Part shown: positions 25,122-35,071 of the stretch, piece by piece | Numbering within the stretch: position 1 is the first letter of the stretch | How the letters are laid out: each line of letters opens with the position of its first letter | IMG/VR virus record: IMGVR_UViG_3300046786_000257 | Span: 1-42,000 of that record | DNA from: a virus | Lineage: Duplodnaviria > Caudoviricetes | Strand: one strand, 5' to 3' | DNA length: 42,000 nt | Program-made: the position numbers and the translations under genes | Notes under the pieces: model-generated | Database searches by the model: none | Seen by the model: only the letters and a program-made list of their open reading frames with translations | Told to the model about the DNA's origin: nothing

Positions 25122-28100
25122 TGTTAACAGCAACTCAAGCTACTTTAGATAAAATAAATAAGTCATATTCTTATTCCATGCTTCCTGGATGCTGGATTGA
25201 ATATAATATGAATGACCTTATTGATGGTGCTGCGATTAATAATTATGATGTATCTGGGGCGGTAGCAAATACATATAAGCGTGATGTTAATGGTATTAAG
25301 TATGAGCCATTCTCTAAACTTTTCCCAATTACCTCTATTATTGATCCAAGAAGACCAAAAGTGTCTGGTATCAAATATAAGATTTTAAATCCAAATGTCC
25401 CAGACGAGGTTATTGATTATAAGTCATCTGGCAACATGCCATACAGATTATACTTTGCTGGACAAAAAATACAGTATAAGTATTGGGTTAGCCCTCCAGG
25501 TGGAGCATGTAATCTTAAATTAACATATCCTGAAGCAAAGACAGCACAAGTAAATAAGGTGGTAGTAAAATTTGAAGTATCACACTCAAAGCCAACTGCA
25601 TGGACTGTAAAGATAACTAAGCTAGATGGAACACAGCAAACTGTCACAAATCCAACTGTTCCAGATAATGGAGTAGTCAGCTTATATTACAACGGATCTA
25701 CCTGGACAACAACAGAATTTACAACTCCATCTGATCCAGTTGGGGTAAAAGAAATAGCAGTACAGGTTACCTCAATTAGTGTTGCAGATGAGTACACTGG
25801 AATCATAGAGCTATCTGGAAGATATGTCTTGGATGTATCTGACAAGCTAATAGGCTATCAAATATCAAAGAAGTCTTCTGATAGCAGTGATGGAATTGTT
25901 CCAGTTGGAAATGTTACATCTAACTCGATGTCTCTCACAATTAACTCATTTGATAGATCGGTTATATCTTTTGACAAGACTTACACATTTGATAAAACAA
26001 AGATAAACCTATATAAGAATATTAAAGTGACTCCGTTTTATACAATAGACTCAGAAAAGATTAATCAGGGGACATTTTATATAGAGTCATTTAGTATTGG
26101 AGAGTATGGAGACATTACAATCCAGACTATGGATGGGGCAAAGTTTCTTCAGGAAACAATGGCTCCAGATATTCTTATTAGCGACTCTCCATCGCAGGCT
26201 ATAATAAGACGGCTACTAGATAGCATTGGATTTACTAACTACAACTTTAATACTTCTTCTACAGATACATCTACAATTAGACCTTACTACTGGTATACAG
26301 ACGACACAAGAACCGTATGGGATCATATTCAGGATCTATGCAAAGATACCCAAATGATAGCCACGTTTGATGAAAATGATGTCCTGCAATTCTATACACG
26401 TGAGTACCTGTTTGATAAAACTAAAGCAGTGTCGCAAACATTTAGATATGAAGCCAATGGAGATCTTCTACCTAATATAATGAGCTTTCAAAAAGATGAT
26501 GTTGCGTCAGTAAAAGCTGTAAAAGTTATTTATACTCCACAAATTAGTGGAGCTTATGGAGCTTCAGCAGATCCTTTATATCAAGCACCGCTTATTACGT
26601 TAGGTGCATCTGCACTGACTAAGACATTGACTGCAGCTGCTACAACTGGTGATTCCATGTTCCTTGAGCCTGTAATTATATACAGCACAATAACAGATTC
26701 TGTTACAAGAAATAAGAGTGGCTACTTTGTCCTCAATGATGAAATAATTGAATTTGATGCTGTGAAGTATATGTATAAGGTAGCTAATACAGAAACAGTT
26801 GCAGACATTTGGATTACAAATGATTTAGATGTTTCAAAGGCTTTAGGTCTTTCCAGCCCAGGAACTCTTAAGCCTACTGGTGAATATAGAATTAAAACAA
26901 GAAATGCCTTTAATGCCCTTCCAGAACCTAAAGAGCACAAGGTTGATTTAGATGGGCTAAGAGCTGAATGGACCACAAAGGTTTTGGATATCAAGGCTAA
27001 GACTTCATCTTCTGATGAGTCTAAGGTCTCAATTACATCTACAAACTCAGATAAAAAGCAGGTTCCAAGGTCAATGCTTGAAGTAACTGCAATGGAAGAT
27101 AATCTAAAGTATACGATAGCTACTACTACAAAGGCTAAGTTTTTATCTTCAACTTCAGAAAACTTTATTATAGGAACAACAATGTTCTTTCCATTAGTTA
27201 CAGATCCTAAAACAGGTAGAGCAACTGGTGAGCAGAAAACAGTTGGAGGACTTGCATTTTCTTTAACTGAAGATTGTAAATCAGGGTATCTCCTAAAAAT
27301 AGGAACTTCTCAGAATGTAACAAAGGACCAATCATATCGTGATGTTCAATTGTATAAGATTGTCAATGGCGAGCTGAAACCTTTAACAGATAATCAAAAG
27401 AAGCCAGAAAGTTCAATTACTGGAGTTAGAGGTGGAGAACTTTATAAGGTTGATATTAAAGTAAGCAAAACTGTTCCAGCAGGAACAACTGGTGACCTTC
27501 TAACATTTAAAATAATGTTTAATAACGAAATTATATACGCAACAGATCCAGACCCTCTGACACTAAGAGAAAGAGTTGGTTTGGTTGGTATAGAAGGCAC
27601 TAGTTCATATGACTACGTTTATACATCGTCGATCACACCAGATGAATTTACAAAGAATGAGGCTTATAACCTATACCAAGGGTTCCTATCTGGTTCAGGA
27701 GTTCTAACAAAAACATTTGGAGATTTTGCACTTACAAAATCTACAACTACAGAAAAACAAATGTGGACAGCAGAGTTTGGCCCAGTAGCAAGAGAGCTTA
27801 AGAAAATTGTTACAAAATATGCAACACGCCCAGGTATACCTATGTACCCGCAGCTAACCCTCAACCCGTTTGCCACAATAGTGGGATACTCGCTAGATTC
27901 ATTTGGAGTAGAGATGTTTGTTTTAAATAACTCTGGAACCTTTATTCCTCTTTCTGACAATGAGGATAAGGGCCTATCTGTAGTTGGAAGATCCATTATT
28001 TCTCAAGACCCATTTGAATACCTTGACCCAGAACTGTCAGCAACACAAAATCAAGAGCAACTGGCATTTGAATCTACATGGATCCAGAAAGAGACGGAGG

Positions 28101-28345
28101 CAAAAGCTTTGTCATCATGGATGAAAACTCAATGGTCCAAGCAGCAATCTGTTATATCTATGGATGTATTCCCAAACCCTTTAATCCAGATAGGTGATGT
28201 TGTAGAGATATCTTACCCACTCAATAACGTTTATGCAACAGGTGACTCTGGTACAGCCTCTAAGTATCTAGTTCTCGACGTAGACCAATCGTGGGATTCA
28301 AATGAGCCTAGCACCTCGGTAGTTTGTAGATCGATTTATGTATAA
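25121..28345 (+). CDS. Baseplate hub / large minor tail protein
   Basis: TVWDHIQDLC..TQMIATFDENDVLQF and NPLIQIGDVVEI hub motifs. Confidence 0.75.
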   Translation: MLTATQATLDKINKSYSYSMLPGCWIEYNMNDLIDGAAINNYDVSGAVANTYKRDVNGIKYEPFSKLFPITSIIDPRRPKVSGIKYKILNPNVPDEVIDYKSSGNMPYRLYFAGQKIQYKYWVSPPGGACNLKLTYPEAKTAQVNKVVVKFEVSHSKPTAWTVKITKLDGTQQTVTNPTVPDNGVVSLYYNGSTWTTTEFTTPSDPVGVKEIAVQVTSISVADEYTGIIELSGRYVLDVSDKLIGYQISKKSSDSSDGIVPVGNVTSNSMSLTINSFDRSVISFDKTYTFDKTKINLYKNIKVTPFYTIDSEKINQGTFYIESFSIGEYGDITIQTMDGAKFLQETMAPDILISDSPSQAIIRRLLDSIGFTNYNFNTSSTDTSTIRPYYWYTDDTRTVWDHIQDLCKDTQMIATFDENDVLQFYTREYLFDKTKAVSQTFRYEANGDLLPNIMSFQKDDVASVKAVKVIYTPQISGAYGASADPLYQAPLITLGASALTKTLTAAATTGDSMFLEPVIIYSTITDSVTRNKSGYFVLNDEIIEFDAVKYMYKVANTETVADIWITNDLDVSKALGLSSPGTLKPTGEYRIKTRNAFNALPEPKEHKVDLDGLRAEWTTKVLDIKAKTSSSDESKVSITSTNSDKKQVPRSMLEVTAMEDNLKYTIATTTKAKFLSSTSENFIIGTTMFFPLVTDPKTGRATGEQKTVGGLAFSLTEDCKSGYLLKIGTSQNVTKDQSYRDVQLYKIVNGELKPLTDNQKKPESSITGVRGGELYKVDIKVSKTVPAGTTGDLLTFKIMFNNEIIYATDPDPLTLRERVGLVGIEGTSSYDYVYTSSITPDEFTKNEAYNLYQGFLSGSGVLTKTFGDFALTKSTTTEKQMWTAEFGPVARELKKIVTKYATRPGIPMYPQLTLNPFATIVGYSLDSFGVEMFVLNNSGTFIPLSDNEDKGLSVVGRSIISQDPFEYLDPELSATQNQEQLAFESTWIQKETEAKALSSWMKTQWSKQQSVISMDVFPNPLIQIGDVVEISYPLNNVYATGDSGTASKYLVLDVDQSWDSNEPSTSVVCRSIYV

Positions 28346-28350
28346 TGAAA

Positions 28351-28359
28351 TGGTAAAAT
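28351..28359 (+). promoter_or_regulatory. Extended -10 promoter TGGTAAAAT, probably leaderless
   Basis: ATG 28366 lies 6 nt downstream with no SD. Confidence 0.55.
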
Positions 28360-28365
28360 GTAAAT

Positions 28366-28758
28366 ATGACAAGTAAAAGCCCAAAGATCAGTGGAAGTCA
28401 GATAGCTCCAAGACAAAAGATTAAGCTATTGCCAGACAGTCCGCTCATTGATATACTAAAGCCAGAGCATTATGAGATTGTTGATCCAGGATCTCTTGAG
28501 TCATTTGATGTTGCATATCAGGGCCTACCAAATTCAAAAGGTGAATATGACTTAGAGTCCGACCTGGGTCTTGTAGAGGAGCCAGAAGACTTAGACGAGT
28601 TTATGGCATCCTTGGTTGCTCCAAACCTAGACGATATTCAGCTAGTCAAGTCAGAGACCTACTTTGATGTCAATGGAAATGAAGTCGCAAGATTTAGCTT
28701 TAAAATTAGAAACCATGTCGGAGATTTGGTTGTGGGGGTAAATGGTTATGGGTCATAA
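28366..28758 (+). CDS. Hypothetical tail-region protein
   Basis: Clean ORF in the tail module. Confidence 0.6.
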   Translation: MTSKSPKISGSQIAPRQKIKLLPDSPLIDILKPEHYEIVDPGSLESFDVAYQGLPNSKGEYDLESDLGLVEEPEDLDEFMASLVAPNLDDIQLVKSETYFDVNGNEVARFSFKIRNHVGDLVVGVNGYGS

Positions 28759-29695
28759 TATTTCAATGAATGGTGAATATGTATTCTATGAAAATGGAAT
28801 AGAGGTTCATAGAGAAAAGAATCTAATTACTAAATTCGGTAAGAGGTTTTTAACTGGCTACTTAGCTGGACAGAGCTCATTTACTCAAAAAGATATTGCA
28901 GTTGGAATAGGCACAACAGCAGCATCAGTAGATGATAATCAGCTAGAGTTTGAATTCTATAGATCTTCTGTATTTTTGTCTAGCATGGATATCCAAACAG
29001 ACTCTATAACTGGAGAGTCTACCTACTCTGTTGTATATAAAACAACTCTTCCTGTAGATGTAGATGGAGTTATTACAGAGGTAGGGCTTTTCCCTTCTGC
29101 CACAGTTGGCAATACAGATTTTTCAAGTAGGTTTATAACTTCGTTTGAGAATCCAAACTCATGGACGGATTCAAATGGAGACCTTCCAGAAACTGTCAAT
29201 ACTCCAGATCCAAGAATTGGTCAATCCTTATTTAAAATCTCAGCTTTATCTGGAGCAGAAAAAGAATATTGGTTTGCCACATCATTTGATGTTTCTGGGT
29301 ATAGCAATAATGACTCATTGTCTTTGGCATTTAGGCAGGCAGATGCAAACTTAGACTATGCATTTATTAGATTTTATAATTCCGATACAGCATATTATGA
29401 AATTCAATTTCCAGGATCGTCTGCAGGTAATAAGCTAATTAAATTAACTATGGATAATTTATTTAATAATCTAACTGGTACTCCAGAGTCTTCAGAAGTA
29501 ACAAAGATTTCTGCTGGAATTAAAGCAAAATCAACTGGAGCGGCTACAGCATATCTTGATGGATTAAGAATAAATGACGAGGACTCATATAACCCACAGT
29601 ACGGACTGATCAGTAGGTCAGTTTTGGACACGCCAATAACCAAGGTTATTGGAAGACAGATGGATATAGAGTATAGACTAGGATTATCTCTATAA
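28742..29695 (+). CDS. Minor tail/baseplate protein (start may be 28766)
   Basis: NLITKFGKRFL, IAVGIG, ITEVGLF motifs typical of tail-collar-like proteins, with an inserted carbohydrate-binding-like region. Confidence 0.65.
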   Translation: MVMGHNISMNGEYVFYENGIEVHREKNLITKFGKRFLTGYLAGQSSFTQKDIAVGIGTTAASVDDNQLEFEFYRSSVFLSSMDIQTDSITGESTYSVVYKTTLPVDVDGVITEVGLFPSATVGNTDFSSRFITSFENPNSWTDSNGDLPETVNTPDPRIGQSLFKISALSGAEKEYWFATSFDVSGYSNNDSLSLAFRQADANLDYAFIRFYNSDTAYYEIQFPGSSAGNKLIKLTMDNLFNNLTGTPESSEVTKISAGIKAKSTGAATAYLDGLRINDEDSYNPQYGLISRSVLDTPITKVIGRQMDIEYRLGLSL

Positions 29696-29696
29696 T

Positions 29697-32453
29697 ATGT
29701 TGCCACCAGATTCTTTAGACTACACAGACACAAACCTTGGACTTTCTGTTCCAGCTGATGTGCAGGCTGATCCTGCAAAAGCTGCAAGCCAAGTTTCTAA
29801 AGATTCATATGACATAGTTTTAGAGGGCATGCCAATAAGAGTTGGAAAAGAATTTGTTTTTTCATTTCAGTATGTATATCAAAACCCAACCACTGGAACT
29901 TTAATAAACGGTCCATCTTCTGCATTATTTAGAACTGGATTACAGATTGTAGATAGAACTGAGGCTGTGTCAAATCTATCAGTTAAAGCTGGGTATAAGA
30001 GCTATGAGCTAAAGTGGGACCCAGTTACATTTGAGGGATTTATCGACCTTCAGGTTTTTGAATCCTATACCAGCGATTTTGCAGTAGCAGAGCTTAAGTA
30101 TGTCGGTAAATCAAATCAGGTTAATATACTTACAGCAAATACAACTGCAAGATACGTCAAGGTCATCACAAGAGACAAATGGAATAACTCAAAGACATAT
30201 GTTCATCCTACTGCAATTATTCCATTAAATCCAGATCCTGATACATCAACGCCACCATCACCACCATCTGGAGCAGTAGCAACTGGATCAATAGATTCAA
30301 ATGACCTCAGTGGATTTGGCGGACAGATTATAGTATCTTGGACTGCAAATACAGATTCTAATACATCTGGATATATTATTAGATGGTCTACGGACAATCC
30401 GTCATCTGTAGCAACACCCAATTGGGAGTATGGTCAAGTAGAAGGAAAGACAGTAACATCATTTAAAGTTACAGGCCTTCTTCTAAACACAACATATTAT
30501 TATCAGGTTACAGCAAAAAGTCCGTACAATTCCTTATCTTGGACTGCATCACCTGTACAAACACTATCCCCAATAGTTGATTCTACAGCTGGCGGAGCTT
30601 GGTCAAGAATTAAATCATTTTTAACTATTGGCGGAGCTACTGGAGATCTGTTTAAATTTGGAACAGCTATCCCAGCATCATTAAACTTTAGTACAACTAC
30701 CACACCATCATTGACTTCTGGAACATATAATGGAACTATTTTAAATATATCAACAACAAATGTTGGCAACAACTACTGGCTAAACACTGGTAGATTTAGA
30801 GTAGGAAGTGCAACATCATTCCTTTATTGGGATGGCTTAGATATATATACTACTGGAAAGATTAATGCCACTGGTGGATCATTTACAGGAGATGTTCAAT
30901 TAAATGGCGGAAGCTTATATGCTGGATCTCTTCCTAATAGCGGACAAAGGGTTAGACTAAACTCATCTGGAATATTTGCATATAACTCTTCTGGGACCCA
31001 AACCTTCTCTCTAGATACTGCTGGATATATAAATGCAATATCTGGCTTAATAGGAGGTTGGACACTAGGATCAACTTCATTGTCTTCTAATGGTGTAACA
31101 ATAAGTAACACGGGACAGATATCCCTTGGTGATACTGCTACAAATAGCGTATACTTAAGCTCAGTAGATACTGGGTATAGATTATGGATTGGTTCAAATT
31201 CAGGATCCAATGCTCCATTCAGAGTAAGTAAAGCTGGAGTTTTATATGCAAGTGGTGCAACAATTGATGGCAATTCAAGCATATCTGGTACGGTAAGCAT
31301 TGGAGGGTCATCCGCTTCTACCGTTGTTTCAAACGCTAATGGTGCACTTCAGCCAGGCGGAACTTTGACTGGATCTGTTTCTGGTACTGCAACCATTAAT
31401 GGAACTACAGCTTCAACTGTTGTCAGCCGAGCAACTGGTGCAGTGCAACCAGGAAATGGAGTTGGAGTAAACGCCACTACAAGGACAATTGAAACTATTA
31501 CTGCTGGAACAACACTAACTTTAAAATCTGGTGGAGCAAAACCTGTTATTTTAGACAATACAGGTTTAAGAATGAATGATGGAACGCAGGATACTTTATT
31601 TTTAGATGCATCAACTGGATCTGCAGTATTCAGGGGAACTATCTATGCATCAGCAGGATCATTTGCAGGATCTTTATCTGCTGCAAGTGGTACATTTTCT
31701 GGAACCATAACATCTGGTAATGGAAGCTCCCTTGGAGACTGGAAGGTAGACTCAGAGGGCACTTTAGGGAGCGGTTTAGGTTTAGGAGGAACTTATCTTT
31801 ATGCTAATAGTGCTTCTGGTAGCGGAGTAACATTTTCTATATACACTGGCAAAATGATTTTTGCCGCTCAAGGATTTTCCTCTACAGCAGCTGCACCGAT
31901 AGTATTTGCAAATGCCTCTCCGCAAATATCTTCAGCTGGTGGAGTAAGAATAAATAATGCATTTGCTCCTTCTGCAGACGATAGTTTTTCATTAGGGTAC
32001 ACTACAGCAAGATGGCAAATTGTGCGATCTGCTGGAGGGGTATCAACAACATCTGACAGAAGAATTAAGACTAATATTGAAACATCAGATTTAGGATTAG
32101 ACTTTATTAAACTATTAAAGCCAGTTAAATATAAGTTTATTAGTGGAGGCAAGGTCCCAGCAAATGGGGTTGGCCCTATCATTGTAGATGATAAGGTAGT
32201 AGATACAGAGTATATAGATATACCTGGAGTGAGAGATCATTACGGATTTATTGCTCAAGATGTAAAAGAGGCCATCGATATATCTGGAGTTAATGATTTT
32301 GCAGGATGGCAGCTAGAAGATAAAGATGATCCAGATTCTCAACAAGCTCTAGTGCATCACCATTTTATTGCTCCTCTTACAAAGGCTGTACAAGAATTGT
32401 CTAATATGGTAGAATCATTACAACAAGAAGTAAATACTCTGAAAGGTATATAA
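29697..32453 (+). CDS. Tail spike/fibre with FN3 domains, Gly/Ser-rich beta repeats and a C-terminal S74 chaperone
   Basis: VSWTAN...GYIIRW...VTGLLLNTTYYYQVTA (FN3); SDRRIK...HYGFIAQDV. Confidence 0.85.
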   Translation: MLPPDSLDYTDTNLGLSVPADVQADPAKAASQVSKDSYDIVLEGMPIRVGKEFVFSFQYVYQNPTTGTLINGPSSALFRTGLQIVDRTEAVSNLSVKAGYKSYELKWDPVTFEGFIDLQVFESYTSDFAVAELKYVGKSNQVNILTANTTARYVKVITRDKWNNSKTYVHPTAIIPLNPDPDTSTPPSPPSGAVATGSIDSNDLSGFGGQIIVSWTANTDSNTSGYIIRWSTDNPSSVATPNWEYGQVEGKTVTSFKVTGLLLNTTYYYQVTAKSPYNSLSWTASPVQTLSPIVDSTAGGAWSRIKSFLTIGGATGDLFKFGTAIPASLNFSTTTTPSLTSGTYNGTILNISTTNVGNNYWLNTGRFRVGSATSFLYWDGLDIYTTGKINATGGSFTGDVQLNGGSLYAGSLPNSGQRVRLNSSGIFAYNSSGTQTFSLDTAGYINAISGLIGGWTLGSTSLSSNGVTISNTGQISLGDTATNSVYLSSVDTGYRLWIGSNSGSNAPFRVSKAGVLYASGATIDGNSSISGTVSIGGSSASTVVSNANGALQPGGTLTGSVSGTATINGTTASTVVSRATGAVQPGNGVGVNATTRTIETITAGTTLTLKSGGAKPVILDNTGLRMNDGTQDTLFLDASTGSAVFRGTIYASAGSFAGSLSAASGTFSGTITSGNGSSLGDWKVDSEGTLGSGLGLGGTYLYANSASGSGVTFSIYTGKMIFAAQGFSSTAAAPIVFANASPQISSAGGVRINNAFAPSADDSFSLGYTTARWQIVRSAGGVSTTSDRRIKTNIETSDLGLDFIKLLKPVKYKFISGGKVPANGVGPIIVDDKVVDTEYIDIPGVRDHYGFIAQDVKEAIDISGVNDFAGWQLEDKDDPDSQQALVHHHFIAPLTKAVQELSNMVESLQQEVNTLKGI
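31287..31454 (+). repeat. Internal duplication with a 32-aa period in the tail spike
   Basis: GTVSIGGSSASTVVSNANGALQPG versus GTATINGTTASTVVSRATGAVQPG. Confidence 0.75.
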
Positions 32454-32605
32454 TGGATAACAGATTAGAATTAGTAGTTCAAGCACTACAAGAAAGAATT
32501 GGACAGCTGGTCTCACAGTATGAGACACATGTTGCAATTCTTCGTGCTGAAATTACAGAGTTGCAAAACAAAATTAATTCCCAAGAGGGAAAAACGGGAG
32601 AATAA
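32453..32605 (+). CDS. 50-aa coiled-coil protein not in the ORF track
   Basis: TAATG coupling; SD AAAGGT; MDNRLELVVQALQERIGQLVSQYETHVAILRAEITELQNKINSQEGKTGE fills the gap exactly. Confidence 0.8.
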   Translation: MDNRLELVVQALQERIGQLVSQYETHVAILRAEITELQNKINSQEGKTGE

Positions 32606-32608
32606 AAA

Positions 32609-33046
32609 ATGGCTCAAAACTTGCTAGATATGAATATTAATCCAGGGGATCCAGTTACCTCTGACTTGCTGAGTAATATTATTACTAATATTCAAAAAAT
32701 TAATACTGGGGCAAGCGCATCGGTAGTTGGTGTCAATATTGGTAACTCTACAACTACTCCAGAAAAAACTTATACAACTGGTGCTTCAGTGCCTTATTAT
32801 GCAACTAAAGATGTTACTAAAATTAAAAGTAAAACAGTTACAATGTCTGGATTTGCTAGCCCACCAGTAGTAAGTTTAACATTAAAAGTAAAATCAGCAG
32901 CAGAGCAGTTAACAAAGAAGTATCAGCCAGTATTGATTGATGTTACTGCAACTTCGTTTACATTTAGATGTATCCCGTATGGAGCATCAGCAAACGGACC
33001 TGTTGAGATAAATTGGATTGCAGTAGGAGATCCAGCTACAAGCTAA
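32609..33046 (+). CDS. Small fibre-tip/H-type-lectin-like structural protein
   Basis: GFASPPVVSLT, VTATSFTF, INWIAVG C-terminal motif. Confidence 0.65.
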   Translation: MAQNLLDMNINPGDPVTSDLLSNIITNIQKINTGASASVVGVNIGNSTTTPEKTYTTGASVPYYATKDVTKIKSKTVTMSGFASPPVVSLTLKVKSAAEQLTKKYQPVLIDVTATSFTFRCIPYGASANGPVEINWIAVGDPATS

Positions 33047-33049
33047 CTA

Positions 33050-33090
33050 TTGACAAGCTAGACCAATATGCTACAATTCAGTTGTAGCAT
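33050..33090 (+). promoter_or_regulatory. Promoter TTGACA-16-TACAAT (TG-extended) overlapped by a 9-bp inverted repeat
   Basis: TTGACA 33050-33055; TGCTACAAT 33069-33077; ATGCTACAA-N5-TTGTAGCAT 33068-33090. Confidence 0.7.
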
Positions 33091-33091
33091 C

Positions 33092-33117
33092 AAAGTCACG
33101 TACCCGTGACTTTTTTC
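33092..33117 (+). terminator. Intrinsic terminator-like hairpin at the structural/replication boundary
   Basis: AAAGTCACG-TACC-CGTGACTTT followed by TTT. Confidence 0.75.
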
Positions 33118-33132
33118 GTATAAAGGTAGATA

Positions 33133-33936
33133 ATGAGTAACGATTTGAAATGGATGCTTTCATCCGACCAGCAATTTCCTTATCAAGATGATAAGATGAT
33201 TGCTCTGTGGTTTAAGGTAATGAAATGGTTTAAGCCAGACGTCGTAGACTACCTTGGTGATACAGACGATCAGGCATGTTATAGCAAGTACACAGAAGGA
33301 AGATCAGCGGAATTTCTACAGCTTCATAAAGATGATAGCCGTGATTTAATTGTTCCAATGATGCGCCACGAAGCAAAGGGTGCTAGAGATTTCTATGCTA
33401 AGACACGTGAGATGCTTCCAGATGCTCAGCTATTTTCTGCTTTAGGAAATCACGATATCCGCATTTTTGATTACATTGATAAGAAGCTTCCCGATTATGC
33501 TAAAGACGTTACTCCAGAGTCGCTATGGAGTCTAGACTCCCTTGGATATGAGTATATCTACTACAATGATTTGCCTAAGCGTCGCTTTGGTGACATTCAC
33601 GTGCACCACGGACTTTCAGTTGCAGCAGGCGGAGCAGCAAGAAAAGACATGGAAGATCTGCAGATTTCTTTAATTAGAGGACATTCTCATAGAATTGCAT
33701 CCCACATGGTTACATATGAGCTCAGAAACAACGGAGAGGGAGAAACTCTTCGTGGATATGAGATTGGCCACATGTGTGATGAAAAGTCTGATGGTATGAA
33801 GTATACCCAGCACCATGATTGGCAAAAGGGTTTTGCTATCGCACATATTGAAAATGGAGAATACCCACACGTACAAATGATTCACGTATCTCCAGAATAT
33901 AGTTGTGTAGTTGATGGAAAGTTATTTACACTATAA
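33133..33936 (+). CDS. Calcineurin-like metallophosphoesterase
   Basis: SDQQ, LGDTDD, GNHD, HHG, GHSH motifs. Confidence 0.88.
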   Translation: MSNDLKWMLSSDQQFPYQDDKMIALWFKVMKWFKPDVVDYLGDTDDQACYSKYTEGRSAEFLQLHKDDSRDLIVPMMRHEAKGARDFYAKTREMLPDAQLFSALGNHDIRIFDYIDKKLPDYAKDVTPESLWSLDSLGYEYIYYNDLPKRRFGDIHVHHGLSVAAGGAARKDMEDLQISLIRGHSHRIASHMVTYELRNNGEGETLRGYEIGHMCDEKSDGMKYTQHHDWQKGFAIAHIENGEYPHVQMIHVSPEYSCVVDGKLFTL

Positions 33937-34121
33937 TGAGATGCGCTAAATGTAATGGAAGAGTTTTTATTGACCGTGTGTTTTCACAAAAGCTACACAT
34001 GGAGCTATACTGCGTAATGTGCGGTAAGCGATGGATGATTAATAAGGAAACGAGTGCATTCGGAAGATGGCTAGATCTAGTAGAAGAAGACTACAAAAAA
34101 GGTTTCTCTATTTCTTCCTAA
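33936..34121 (+). CDS. Small zinc-ribbon protein
   Basis: CAKC...CVMCG; TAATG coupling. Confidence 0.75.
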   Translation: MRCAKCNGRVFIDRVFSQKLHMELYCVMCGKRWMINKETSAFGRWLDLVEEDYKKGFSISS

Positions 34122-34549
34122 ACGAAAAGCTTCATAAAGTCTTAAGTGCTTCTCGTGCAAAAGACGAACTGATTGCTTGGTGTTATAAAGACAAGAAAAG
34201 AGTTCTTTATTCTTATTCACAGGTTAAGAAGTATATGGAAGAAGCATATACGGTAGTTCAAGTTGCCGAGATGCTGGGTAGACACAGGGTTACAATCCAG
34301 GACTACATCCTGGACGGTAAAATTATTACCCCTGAAAAAGTTTATCCAATAGGTGATCCAGAAAGCGAATGGTATAAATATATGTTTAGTCAAAAAGACA
34401 TTTTAGACTTACATGAGTTTTTATTAGAATCTGGTCACACACAAGAACTACCATCACGAGCAGAGCTATTGGCTCTTCTCAAAAACAATTTAGTACTGTA
34501 TACTAAGACAGAAGACAATCGGTTTGTACCAGTATGGAAGGCGGAGTAA
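34067..34549 (+). CDS. HTH DNA-binding protein (MerR/excisionase-like)
   Basis: YTVVQVAEMLGRHRVTIQDYILDGKI. Confidence 0.75.
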   Translation: MARSSRRRLQKRFLYFFLNEKLHKVLSASRAKDELIAWCYKDKKRVLYSYSQVKKYMEEAYTVVQVAEMLGRHRVTIQDYILDGKIITPEKVYPIGDPESEWYKYMFSQKDILDLHEFLLESGHTQELPSRAELLALLKNNLVLYTKTEDNRFVPVWKAE

Positions 34550-34758
34550 TGTCAGCAGATACAAAAGTTAGTGTTGATCTTAGCTTTACACGTAATTTAG
34601 GTAATTACGAAAGCATTAAGATTAACATCGGGGTTCAAGATATAGTTAGACAAGGCGAGACAGTAGATACTGCCACAGAGCGTATCTATGCATTTGTTGA
34701 GAATAAGCTTATTGAAAAAACCTCAGAAGTAGAAGCAGAGCTTAAGAGTGGCAAATGA
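34549..34758 (+). CDS. Conserved hypothetical phage protein
   Basis: SFTRNLGNYESIKINIG motif; TAATG coupling and SD GGAG favour start 34549. Confidence 0.7.
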   Translation: MSADTKVSVDLSFTRNLGNYESIKINIGVQDIVRQGETVDTATERIYAFVENKLIEKTSEVEAELKSGK

Positions 34759-35071
34759 AAAAGAGCCATACGTTCTTATAGGGCTGTACCAGTCATTGTA
34801 TAAGGAGCGATATGGCAAGACACCACAAGTAAATAAGTTCCGTGAAAAATGGGCTATGCAAGATGTTATTGATAGTGTAGGATTCGAACGAGCTAAGGAA
34901 ATACTTATTTATTACTTCTCTTTAAATAAGCATGGTCATCCACTGCAGTTCTTTTTCTATAATTTTGATAGACTTGATTCTGCAATTACGGATGTTGAAA
35001 AAGATAAAGAGAGACGTCGTTTGTTATTAGAAGAGACGAAGCATATGGTTGAAAGAGGCGGAATAGAGTGA
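34748..35071 (+). CDS. Hypothetical protein upstream of the helicase (possible loader)
   Basis: ORF coupled to dnaB; function inferred from position only. Confidence 0.6.
   Translation: MANEKEPYVLIGLYQSLYKERYGKTPQVNKFREKWAMQDVIDSVGFERAKEILIYYFSLNKHGHPLQFFFYNFDRLDSAITDVEKDKERRRLLLEETKHMVERGGIE

Noticed and set aside
5102-31558. Numerous minus-strand ORFs of 60-140 aa (e.g. 5102-5512, 10440-10859, 14408-14725, 30896-31300)
   Set aside because: They lie antisense to well-supported genes, mirror their codon patterns, and show no SD, promoter or recognisable motif
5692-32453. Diversity-generating retroelement TR/VR pair suggested by the two similar fibre C-termini
   Set aside because: Differences are not adenine-specific, both copies are coding, and no reverse transcriptase is present
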